Shown in pieces: positions 48,742 through 56,598 of a DNA stretch of 64,000 nt (position 1 is its first letter; the number at the start of each line of letters is the position of its first letter). The notes beneath the pieces were generated by a model. That model had not been told where the DNA came from. It worked only from the letters and a program-made list of their open reading frames with translations, and did not search any database. The stretch lies in the sequence record KJ019143.1; one strand, written 5' to 3'. A program made the translations under genes and the position numbers.

Positions 48742-48953
48742 TGAATATATTATTTTTAGTATTATACTTCGTCTGTTTCTGTCTCATTGCAGGTGGTGCC
48801 GCAGCTATGATGTATGCAAACATACAATCTATCTGGAACACACCACCCGCTCCACCTAAACCAATTCATCCTGAGGCACCTGTAGCAGGTGAAGAGGTTA
48901 TGTATGTCGATCTAACAAGAGAAAAACTGGAAGATTTGTACCATGAACATTGA
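48738..48953 (+). CDS. small membrane protein
   Basis: N-terminal TM then Pro-rich HPEAP. Confidence 0.7.
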   Translation: MMNILFLVLYFVCFCLIAGGAAAMMYANIQSIWNTPPAPPKPIHPEAPVAGEEVMYVDLTREKLEDLYHEH

Positions 48954-49065
48954 ATACCTTTTAGGTTGGGTTGCTATTCTTGTTTTGTTTATAGCAACAC
49001 AGAATACTGATGATGACGATGATCCAGAAGGTGGTATGATGGTTCCTTCCACTCAATCTACATAA
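48943..49065 (+). CDS. small membrane protein (40 aa)
   Basis: Hand-translated; TM then DDDDDPEGG. Confidence 0.55.
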   Translation: MNIEYLLGWVAILVLFIATQNTDDDDDPEGGMMVPSTQST

Positions 49066-49187
49066 CAAAACTACAAGGGGATTGCTAACAATCCTCTTTT
49101 TTTGTATCGTTATTTTGTTTGATTGTTATATATTGTGTGTATTCTCACACAAACCATATACATAGAGTGTAGAACAAGAGGAGTATT

Positions 49188-49388
49188 ATGTTATCACATA
49201 ATCTTATTTCGCATAACCAATTAGAAGGTTGGCGAGAATCTTTTCAGAAGATAGATAAATCTACCAATAGAACAACAGACGAACTAAACCTAATTAATGA
49301 TTACTATGATTGCTTAATAGAGTGTGATGATAACCAATCAGCATGTAAGCGTATCTGTAAACATGTATTGACATCTCCACCAATTTAA
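49188..49388 (+). CDS. small Cys-containing conserved protein
   Basis: GAGGAG RBS; DYYDCLIECDDNQSACKRIC. Confidence 0.75.
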   Translation: MLSHNLISHNQLEGWRESFQKIDKSTNRTTDELNLINDYYDCLIECDDNQSACKRICKHVLTSPPI

Positions 49389-49427
49389 ATATGTTAGAAT
49401 GGAGGGTATAACAACCCTCTTTTTTTT

Positions 49428-49595
49428 ATGCGATTCGATTTAACCATGGATGATTATGCCATCATCCTCAACGCATTACACTATTATAAGAAAGTAGAGA
49501 AGCGTGGCAACTTCAAGCAGTATAATGAGGAGCGAGTTAACGATCTTAGGGACCGAATGGCCCACCAAATCGTCTGGGAACAGGGTGAAGAGTAG
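49428..49595 (+). CDS. small hypothetical protein (55 aa)
   Basis: Hand-translated MRFDLTMDDYAIILNALHYYKK. Confidence 0.6.
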   Translation: MRFDLTMDDYAIILNALHYYKKVEKRGNFKQYNEERVNDLRDRMAHQIVWEQGEE

Positions 49596-49710
49596 CAAAT
49601 ACCACCATTTTCAGGAACCTCTCACCAAACCTTTGGGATACACTATGGGAAAACGGGTTGTTGATCGCCTATAATAAGGGGGTAGAACACAACTGGAGAG
49701 AAAATCCACT

Positions 49711-50091
49711 ATGAAAATCCAACAATCAATGCTTCGTCGTCTCGCCGCTAAGAAAGGAAAGACGCAGAACGGATTCACACTAATTGAACTGATGGTGGTT
49801 GTTGCTATCGTTGGTGTCCTGTCCGCTGTAGCACTTCCTCAACTCACTAAAGCACAAGACCGTGCTAAGTCCGCAGCCGCATCTTCCACCGCATTAAACG
49901 CTGCTAAGACTTGTTCAATCGCTATCATCGGCGGTGATTCTACAGAGGGTGACGTCGCTGAAGTTACCACAGGGGACGTTACCAATGGAGCGATCACTTG
50001 TGCTGATGATGCCGAATTCGTATTCATCGGTGGCGGAGACACATGGACAGTAGCGATGGATGACGGCATTCCCGGTAACCCTTCTAAGTAA
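49711..50091 (+). CDS. type IV prepilin (PilA-like)
   Basis: Basic leader ending QNG, then FTLIELMVVVAIVGVLSAVALP (G-1, F1, E5); two Cys; GGAGAG RBS. Confidence 0.93.
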   Translation: MKIQQSMLRRLAAKKGKTQNGFTLIELMVVVAIVGVLSAVALPQLTKAQDRAKSAAASSTALNAAKTCSIAIIGGDSTEGDVAEVTTGDVTNGAITCADDAEFVFIGGGDTWTVAMDDGIPGNPSK

Positions 50092-50097
50092 AAATCA

Positions 50098-50661
50098 ATG
50101 AACCTAATGTCCGCTCTGGTAGGACTTAGTGTTATGGGGGCTGCGGCTCCCTCAATAACACAAATGTCCATCGCACCATTCGAAGCTCAAAAGAGAGCAC
50201 AAAACCTTGGAGTCGCTGAAACTGCTGCTGTAGTATTCGCCGCTACTTACGAAGGTAAGCTCGAACTCCCAGAAGATACAGACACCTGTGTATCAAAGTT
50301 ACGTGAAGGTACTGCAAACGCTTTTAGCGTTACCTGTACTGAAGGTGATGGTAAGTATGTCCAAAGTGTCACTCGTGCCTTCCGTCTAGCTGTACCTGAT
50401 TCAGAACTAGATGGTGGTAATGGAACTGATACAAGCAGAGAGTTTGCATTTGAAACTCCTACTCGTTTCTCAGGACACCAATGTCCAATTCACGACAGAT
50501 GGGGAACTAATGGATACAACGATAGAAATTACTCTGCCTTAGGTGGAGCTTGTATTCCTAACGATGGTTGGAATCAAACTAATTATCAGTTCTCTAATCC
50601 AGACGCTTGGCTTTATGACATCAACAACCGTAATGGTTGGGGAGCACATCCTGACTACTAA
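50098..50661 (+). CDS. pilin-like exported protein
   Basis: N-terminal hydrophobic helix LMSALVGLSVMGAAAP then AQKRAQN; four Cys; 6 bp after the pilin gene. Confidence 0.6.
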   Translation: MNLMSALVGLSVMGAAAPSITQMSIAPFEAQKRAQNLGVAETAAVVFAATYEGKLELPEDTDTCVSKLREGTANAFSVTCTEGDGKYVQSVTRAFRLAVPDSELDGGNGTDTSREFAFETPTRFSGHQCPIHDRWGTNGYNDRNYSALGGACIPNDGWNQTNYQFSNPDAWLYDINNRNGWGAHPDY

Positions 50662-50843
50662 TGATTGAGTTACTCGCATCTAGCATTATCATTTACGGTA
50701 ATGCCAACGGGGTGTGGTCTCCCTCACATCCCGATATTTATCCTTATTCAGAACCACCTACACGAGTAGAAAAACCTGAAACTCCAAAAACATCTACGAC
50801 TAGCGGAAATGGAGATATCATTTTCCCTCAACTATTAGAATAA
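50661..50843 (+). CDS. small hypothetical protein
   Basis: TAATG overlap; hydrophobic N-terminus, P/T-rich tail. Confidence 0.55.
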   Translation: MIELLASSIIIYGNANGVWSPSHPDIYPYSEPPTRVEKPETPKTSTTSGNGDIIFPQLLE

Positions 50844-50864
50844 CTAAAACTAGGAAACACACAC

Positions 50865-50887
50865 AGGAGGGCAACCCTCCTTTTTTT
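50865..50887 (+). terminator. intrinsic terminator
   Basis: GGAGGG-caa-CCCTCC-T7. Confidence 0.85.
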
Positions 50888-50920
50888 GTGCTATAATTAT
50901 AAGTGAGTTGTGAGATTTCT

Positions 50921-51202
50921 ATGGACGAAAGAATAAGAACTTTATATGTCTTTCAGTCGGATGATCGTCTTATAACTCATGACGGGCATGTCCAACTAGG
51001 TTGTCATAACATGACCATGGAAAAGTTTATGTCTTTCGATAGGGAGAATATCCGATACATCGAAACCTACTGGTTGCCTGATGTATTTGGAAATAGGTAT
51101 AAGCGTTCTAACTTCCAAGCACACCAGAGGGTATCTGGGGAGAAGGGTGTATTAGAACTATCTAATAACCAACCAGGAAACAGACTTGATAGGTCTGTAT
51201 AA
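50921..51202 (+). CDS. hypothetical protein
   Basis: 93 aa downstream of TGTGCTATAAT. Confidence 0.65.
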   Translation: MDERIRTLYVFQSDDRLITHDGHVQLGCHNMTMEKFMSFDRENIRYIETYWLPDVFGNRYKRSNFQAHQRVSGEKGVLELSNNQPGNRLDRSV

Positions 51203-51230
51203 GGCACCTATATACACAAAAAGGATTCCT

Positions 51231-51440
51231 ATGGGACCTATAATTGTATTTGCTTGTTTTCTACCTATAGTTGCTATATTCATTGTAATAAAACTAGCTG
51301 TTTGGGTAGAAGCTGTTAACTCCGAAACAAACTATGTCAGAGAAGAACCTTCAAGACAACGAGGACCTTGGGTGGAAAACCCATATGAGGATATTGATGT
51401 TGAGGAAGAGGAGTATGGAGATCGCACAGACTATCGATGA
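51231..51440 (+). CDS. small membrane protein
   Basis: TM IIVFACFLPIVAIFIVIKLAVW, acidic tail. Confidence 0.65.
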   Translation: MGPIIVFACFLPIVAIFIVIKLAVWVEAVNSETNYVREEPSRQRGPWVENPYEDIDVEEEEYGDRTDYR

Positions 51441-51567
51441 AGCGATTAACGACTATTATTCGCTTCATGGACTCCCTGTTCCCGATTGGAAACTGAAAAA
51501 GAATCCAGACTGGTGGATTGAATACTTACTTTCTCTTGGATTAACTGATAACAATGAACCCCTTTAA
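51415..51567 (+). CDS. small conserved hypothetical protein
   Basis: GAGGAG RBS; HGLPVPDWK..KNPDWWIEYL. Confidence 0.65.
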   Translation: MEIAQTIDEAINDYYSLHGLPVPDWKLKKNPDWWIEYLLSLGLTDNNEPL

Positions 51568-51724
51568 GATACTCGGACCTTTCCTAAACCTATTGGTGGT
51601 GTATAGTCTATGGTATTCTGACTTATACAGTAGGAATCGATACTACGCATATGGTATTGTATTACTACACATTCTCGTACTGGCATCAATTCCAACCATA
51701 CCCGCAATTCTATATTGGTATTAA
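51554..51724 (+). CDS. small membrane protein (56 aa)
   Basis: Hand-translated, two hydrophobic segments, fills gap before talC. Confidence 0.5.
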   Translation: MNPFKILGPFLNLLVVYSLWYSDLYSRNRYYAYGIVLLHILVLASIPTIPAILYWY

Positions 51725-51726
51725 TT

Positions 51727-52377
51727 ATGAAGATCTTTTTAGACACTGCTGACTTGAATGAGATCAGAGAAGCATCATCCACTGGTTTGATTGATGGGGT
51801 GACTACCAACCCAACACTCATTCTAAAGAGTGGTAATGACCTATACTCCACTGCAAAACTATTACAACTAGAATACCCCACATTTGAGAGTATCTCCACT
51901 GAGGTGGTTGCAGACACCGCAGAGGAGATGGTAGAGCAGGCACGTCAGTATCTTAATATTGGATCTGCAATCACTGTTAAGGTTCCTTGTACTGTAGAGG
52001 GTCTTAAGGCGTGTAGAACACTCTCAGAGGAGGGTGTGAAGACCAATGTGACCCTTGTGTTCTCTGTATCCCAGGCTATCCTGGCAGCTAAGTCAGGAGC
52101 CACCTACGTGTCTCCCTTTGTTGGTAGGGTGAATGATAACTCCTTCAGTGGAGTTGCACTTATCCAAGCTATCTCAGAGACCTTCTCCCTACACAGGGTG
52201 AAGACAGAGGTATTGGCAGCCTCAGTTCGTGAAGCAAACCAAGTAGGACGTTGTTTTGCAGCTGGTGCTGACATTTGCACCATCCCAACCAAAGTATTCT
52301 GGAAGATGTACGAGCACATTCTCACAGAGAAAGGTTTAGAACTCTTCCAAAAGGACTGGGAGAACTCAGTACGATAA
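51727..52377 (+). CDS. talC: transaldolase (TalC/Fsa type)
   Basis: KIFLDTA, GVTTNPTLI, TVKVP, TNVTLVFS, YVSPFVGR, VLAASVR. Confidence 0.96.
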   Translation: MKIFLDTADLNEIREASSTGLIDGVTTNPTLILKSGNDLYSTAKLLQLEYPTFESISTEVVADTAEEMVEQARQYLNIGSAITVKVPCTVEGLKACRTLSEEGVKTNVTLVFSVSQAILAAKSGATYVSPFVGRVNDNSFSGVALIQAISETFSLHRVKTEVLAASVREANQVGRCFAAGADICTIPTKVFWKMYEHILTEKGLELFQKDWENSVR

Positions 52378-52398
52378 AGTGTGAATATTCACACTTTA
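52375..52398. repeat. 24-bp perfect palindrome
   Basis: TAAAGTGTGAATATTCACACTTTA equals its reverse complement. Confidence 0.95.
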
Positions 52399-52405
52399 AG
52401 TATTA

Positions 52406-52413
52406 TATAAATA
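52406..52413 (+). promoter_or_regulatory. T4-type late promoter
   Basis: TATAAATA. Confidence 0.7.
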
Positions 52414-52440
52414 TTAAAGAATACATATTTCTTTGCATAA

Positions 52441-52647
52441 ATGAAACGTCCAGCCTTTTATTTGGTTGCGAGTGTTGTTATTGTTCAGATGTTAATGGCG
52501 GCGGGGGTATTATTTGGTTGTTTTGCACGACCGGATCCCCGTTGTACCGGAGATAAGGCATCTGATTTACTGAATAATATTATTGTACAAACTTTCGCAC
52601 TCTATGCGGCTGAGAAAGTTTCCCATAAAGACGATAAACAAGTATAG
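52441..52647 (+). CDS. small membrane protein
   Basis: TM segment plus C..C pair, late promoter upstream. Confidence 0.65.
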   Translation: MKRPAFYLVASVVIVQMLMAAGVLFGCFARPDPRCTGDKASDLLNNIIVQTFALYAAEKVSHKDDKQV

Positions 52648-52686
52648 TGTGGTAGAATAGGGGAGAACACCTCCACCTATTTTTTT

Positions 52687-53175
52687 ATGCCTATCAATAA
52701 AGAGTATTATGATAAATGGTATGGGATATGGAGTTCCCAATCAGAAGATGTATTGGAAGTTACTGCCTTAGTTAGAGCTATTGAATGTACTAATGGGTGT
52801 ATTCAGTGGGCGTTTAGGGACGATGATGACAGGTCACTACCCATTGAGAAGACCAGAGAGGCTATGAAACTCTCCATGGGTGTGATGAAGAATAAGGTTT
52901 TACCATTCCCTGATGGTGGGAAGTTTGTTATCCCAGAGGATGTAGTTCCCCTCATGGATAAGTCCAGAGATATTTACATTAGAGGATTCAAACAAGGTGA
53001 TGAGGATGCCTACCAAGAGTTTATGGCACTATCCAAGTCACACTTTGTTGTAATGGGTAGAGAGAGGATGGATAGAAACTTCCAGAAGGTGAAGGATCAT
53101 TTCATAGATGTGTTTAGTGACTACTGGATTGAGATGGGTAGGGGATATGTTTATGCCCTTGGGGAGTATGTATAA
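52687..53175 (+). CDS. hypothetical protein
   Basis: 162-aa ORF. Confidence 0.75.
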   Translation: MPINKEYYDKWYGIWSSQSEDVLEVTALVRAIECTNGCIQWAFRDDDDRSLPIEKTREAMKLSMGVMKNKVLPFPDGGKFVIPEDVVPLMDKSRDIYIRGFKQGDEDAYQEFMALSKSHFVVMGRERMDRNFQKVKDHFIDVFSDYWIEMGRGYVYALGEYV

Positions 53176-53199
53176 ATATCTGGTATCGCTTCTCCTCCA

Positions 53200-53391
53200 A
53201 TGGACGAAAATAGTGCATCACGTATTTTAGATTCAGCAGGAAAAGGTGGGCATGTTAATCCTACCGCCCTGGCTGTTACCATACGTGCCGCAGTGAAGGA
53301 ATGTCTAGACCATAATGGTATGGTTAGTATGTCATCCCTCTACGAACTCAGTTGTCAGTTGGAAAAGAAGGGAAAAGAGTGGTATGATTAG
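53200..53391 (+). CDS. small hypothetical protein
   Basis: TATAAATA at 53171-53178 upstream. Confidence 0.6.
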   Translation: MDENSASRILDSAGKGGHVNPTALAVTIRAAVKECLDHNGMVSMSSLYELSCQLEKKGKEWYD

Positions 53392-53411
53392 TAAACTTAT
53401 TTGGTGATGTC

Positions 53412-53612
53412 ATGAGTGAAAAACTTTGGGTGAAGATGGCGGAAGTATTCTACAATAAGGATGCCGAGACCGCAGAGCGAATGGGAGTTGAGAACTTCTT
53501 CAATAAAGCAGCATCTAGAATGATTACAGTTGTTGCTGAGAGTATTGATGGGGAGGAGAGACTATACCTAGAAGAGCAATCCAAAATAGCAGAGGCTGAA
53601 CAACGAGTATGA
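53412..53612 (+). CDS. small hypothetical protein
   Basis: 66 aa in operon. Confidence 0.6.
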   Translation: MSEKLWVKMAEVFYNKDAETAERMGVENFFNKAASRMITVVAESIDGEERLYLEEQSKIAEAEQRV

Positions 53613-53836
53613 ACACTTACTATGTGATAGTATACACACTAGTATTCTTTGTTGGTGTATGTATTATTGAACCCAACCTACTCAAGTGGATAGAACTCCA
53701 GTTTAAGTGGGCAGGTATAAACGTTAGAAGAGCTATACTTATAGTTCAATTTCATCCACGTAACTTTGTTACCAACTGGATAATTCGTAGGAAGTTTCAG
53801 AAGATTATCAGAGAACATAGTCAACCTAAAGAGTAG
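53609..53836 (+). CDS. small membrane protein
   Basis: ATGA overlap; N-terminal TM. Confidence 0.65.
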   Translation: MNTYYVIVYTLVFFVGVCIIEPNLLKWIELQFKWAGINVRRAILIVQFHPRNFVTNWIIRRKFQKIIREHSQPKE

Positions 53837-53845
53837 GAGTTAGTT

Positions 53846-54022
53846 GTGATTGAGACTTTGGCATTTGTTTTCCTTTCATGCCAAGATGCACGTCAGGTTG
53901 CAGATCGTGCAATGAATACTGAGAGTATTACCAAAGAAGTAGCCATAGAAGTTATTATTGAACTTGATATAGCTTCTGGCGGCAAATGTAACTTACCTGG
54001 AATAACTGATGGGCATGTTTGA
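53846..54022 (+). CDS. small hypothetical protein (58 aa)
   Basis: Hand-translated from GTG after AGGAG. Confidence 0.5.
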   Translation: MIETLAFVFLSCQDARQVADRAMNTESITKEVAIEVIIELDIASGGKCNLPGITDGHV

Positions 54023-54398
54023 TACTATAAGATGCTCCTATGATATTGGAGAACTAACTGATGTAGAATGTCAGTCTAAGAATATAGATGATTGGGGAGG
54101 CACTATGTCTTTCTATTGGGTAGATCCTAATGGGAGGTTGTGGTCTCCCAGTTATGCTGGAACCTATGACTTTGTTCCTGAAGAGGGACCCTTCCCTGAG
54201 CTCGGAAAGGGGAAGCTTAGTCATGTACAATATTTGGGTACTACACCTAATGGAACTCATGGGAAGTATCAGTTCGTATCTATGACAAGATGTATAGAGA
54301 TATATGATACAAAAACACATGCAGATGGGTATGTAGAGTTTGTGACATGTTATTTGTCATTCTACCAAGGACTACTGAGAGATTACTTTTATAAATAA
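54009..54398 (+). CDS. conserved phage hypothetical protein
   Basis: MGMFDTIRC...CQSK N-terminus. Confidence 0.75.
   Translation: MGMFDTIRCSYDIGELTDVECQSKNIDDWGGTMSFYWVDPNGRLWSPSYAGTYDFVPEEGPFPELGKGKLSHVQYLGTTPNGTHGKYQFVSMTRCIEIYDTKTHADGYVEFVTCYLSFYQGLLRDYFYK
54390..54397 (+). promoter_or_regulatory. T4-type late promoter
   Basis: TATAAATA. Confidence 0.8.
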
Positions 54399-54423
54399 GT
54401 CCATATAGAGTTGTTTTTAACCA

Positions 54424-55929
54424 ATGGATCTCCAATCATATATCCAACTTAAAGAGGCGTACACCAACGTCCACTCCCCAAAGGTAGAAGTCACTAGAGA
54501 AGAAGTTGATGCTTTCATTGATGCTCTACTGGAAGAAGGATACGATCTAAGTGAGTTCACTTGGGAGGAAGTCCGTGATGCTTACCTAGAAGAGGGTGTT
54601 GCTAATAATCCTCGTTGGGGAGTTATTGGTCAAGGTGCAAGACTTCTTCAGAAAGGTTTTGGTAACAAACAACAGGGAGATGCTGCTAGGGATTATGAGA
54701 CATCTGTAAATAATATTAATAGTCGTAGAAATCAAAATTCTAGTACATCAACCGCAACTGCTAACGAGATTGCAGCAGAAACCAAAGGTAGGAAAGCTCA
54801 GACAGGTGGTGGATCTAGTTCTAGTGGATCTAGTTCTAGTGGATCTGGTGGATCAAGTCTCTCTGATTCTGTTGCTAGAAAACAGAAAGAGGCTGATGCC
54901 AAACGCGCAAGACAAAGGGAGACTGGTGGAACTGGAGCCACCGACAATAAGCCCGCTGGTGGTTCTGGTGGCTCCGGTGGTTCTGGCGGTTCTGGTGGCT
55001 CCGGTGGTTCTGGTGGATCCGGTGGCGGCAGTAATAGACCAGTAGCAAAGGCTAAGCCAGTACAGACAGCACAACAGAAGGCAGACTCTTCTACTAACGC
55101 ACAGTATGACAAGTTGAGGAAGTCTGATCCAGCTGCCGCTAAGAAGTTTGGTATGGCTGCATCACAGAAGAAGTTTGGTAATCAACTAAAGCCAAAGACT
55201 CCAAATCCATTGATGAGGGGTATGAATACTGCTTCTACTAAGCCAGCAACTACTCCTAAGCCAGCAACTACTCCTAAGCCAGCAACTACTCCTAAGCCAA
55301 CAACTCCAGTATCAGACTCATCTCCTGTTAGGGCAATGAGTAAGACTACCCCCACACCAGCTGCCTCCAAGCCAAAGGCAACACCTATCAAGTCAAGTCG
55401 CCTAAACAAGGCACTATCCAGTGTTGGTGAAGCAGTGGAATTTGATTCCTTTGATATCATCCTAGAATACCTAGTTGATTCTGGTTTCCCACAACAGGAA
55501 GCTCTCGTCATCATGGCGGAAATGCCTGAAGAGAAACGCGAAGAGATTCTCGAAGCTATGAAGCATCGTGACGCCAAGACTGGTGAAGTCACAGACAAGC
55601 CTGAAATTGGCAAGACATACTACCCCCATGGTGAGCGTCAGAAGTCTTCTGTAGCTCTTCGCAAAGAGAAGGAGAGGGCAGATGCTAAAAAGAAATCAGT
55701 GAAGGAGGATAGAGCTTCCCTCGCAGATGCCTATCGGGCAGTTTATTCTGAGGAAGCTTCCGATACTAAAAAGGATAAGCACCTAGAGCGTGGTGGTCAC
55801 TCTGCTAAGACTGACTATAGTAAGCCACCTTCTACTGGTAACACCTTCGGTAAGAAGCCATCTATGAGTGAGGAAGATCGTAGTGAGGCTATGGCTAAGA
55901 TTGTGGCTAGAATGAAAGGTAAGAAATAA
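54424..55929 (+). CDS. low-complexity late protein, probable internal head protein
   Basis: QLKEAY start, repeated (L/V)xE(A/G) motifs, GGS and KPATTP repeats; late promoter and terminator. Confidence 0.75.
   Translation: MDLQSYIQLKEAYTNVHSPKVEVTREEVDAFIDALLEEGYDLSEFTWEEVRDAYLEEGVANNPRWGVIGQGARLLQKGFGNKQQGDAARDYETSVNNINSRRNQNSSTSTATANEIAAETKGRKAQTGGGSSSSGSSSSGSGGSSLSDSVARKQKEADAKRARQRETGGTGATDNKPAGGSGGSGGSGGSGGSGGSGGSGGGSNRPVAKAKPVQTAQQKADSSTNAQYDKLRKSDPAAAKKFGMAASQKKFGNQLKPKTPNPLMRGMNTASTKPATTPKPATTPKPATTPKPTTPVSDSSPVRAMSKTTPTPAASKPKATPIKSSRLNKALSSVGEAVEFDSFDIILEYLVDSGFPQQEALVIMAEMPEEKREEILEAMKHRDAKTGEVTDKPEIGKTYYPHGERQKSSVALRKEKERADAKKKSVKEDRASLADAYRAVYSEEASDTKKDKHLERGGHSAKTDYSKPPSTGNTFGKKPSMSEEDRSEAMAKIVARMKGKK
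54958..55032 (+). repeat. 9-bp-period coding repeat, (GGS)x7
   Basis: ggt ggt tct / ggt ggc tcc units. Confidence 0.9.
55240..55308 (+). repeat. 18-bp tandem repeat encoding KPATTP
   Basis: aagccagcaactactcct x3 perfect plus one degenerate copy. Confidence 0.95.
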
Positions 55930-55941
55930 TAGTGTTATAAT

Positions 55942-55973
55942 AACCCCATAGGTCCATTCCCATGGGGTTTTTT
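55942..55973 (+). terminator. intrinsic terminator
   Basis: AACCCCAT...ATGGGGTT plus T-run. Confidence 0.7.
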
Positions 55974-56007
55974 GTTATGAATACATAAAACTAAATGGAC
56001 TTACTCC

Positions 56008-56382
56008 ATGAATACATATGGTTCTCCTGAAGGCTATCTCTTTAACCTTCATACCTGCTCAGCATCAGAAGCGAAGCGAATGTGGAAAGAATCTATAAAG
56101 AATGATTGGAAACATAAATGTGCTTATTGTGGATCGGAACATGAAATTACTTTAGATCATATAGTACCCAAAGCGAAAGGGGGTACTAGTCATACAACCA
56201 ATGTCGTAGCTTGTTGTCGTTCTTGTAACGGGAGTAAGGCATATGAGGATTGGATTATCTGGTATATTCAACAGCCGTTCTTCACTGAAGAGAGGAGGGA
56301 GGCTATTGAAAAGTGGATGGAGAAGGGCCTCCTCAACAATAACTTAGTTGCATATCCACCCAGAAGAAATGTCGTTTATTGA
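56008..56382 (+). CDS. HNH endonuclease
   Basis: CAYCG...TLDHIVPKAKGG...NVVACCRSCNGSK. Confidence 0.92.
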   Translation: MNTYGSPEGYLFNLHTCSASEAKRMWKESIKNDWKHKCAYCGSEHEITLDHIVPKAKGGTSHTTNVVACCRSCNGSKAYEDWIIWYIQQPFFTEERREAIEKWMEKGLLNNNLVAYPPRRNVVY

Positions 56383-56388
56383 GTCTTT

Positions 56389-56517
56389 ATGGATTCCTAT
56401 CACCCGTCTAGGGCAGATCAAGAACTAGAACTAGAACAGCAAGAACTAAAAACAATCATAGGAGGATCTATACTATCCTTCTTCACTGTACTTATACCTT
56501 TTATTATACTTCTCTAA
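56389..56517 (+). CDS. small membrane protein (42 aa)
   Basis: Hand-translated; C-terminal TM IIGGSILSFFTVLIPFIILL. Confidence 0.5.
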   Translation: MDSYHPSRADQELELEQQELKTIIGGSILSFFTVLIPFIILL

Positions 56518-56536
56518 AACCTTTCAGTTCAGGCGA

Positions 56537-56544
56537 TATAAATA
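56537..56544 (+). promoter_or_regulatory. T4-type late promoter
   Basis: TATAAATA 55 bp upstream of the giant ORF. Confidence 0.8.
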
Positions 56545-56598
56545 AACCTAAGAAGAGTATATGCGTTCTTCGTCGGATAGCCTGAATCGACAAAAGAG

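Noticed and set aside
54811-55308. Short tandem repeats considered as CRISPR-like or DGR-type elements
   Set aside because: No spacers, in-frame periods of 9, 15 and 18 bp, purely coding; no reverse transcriptase in the window.
56008-56382. HNH gene as a mobile homing element or part of a new system
   Set aside because: Short free-standing HNH proteins are common in cyanophages and no target gene or mobility signature is visible here.
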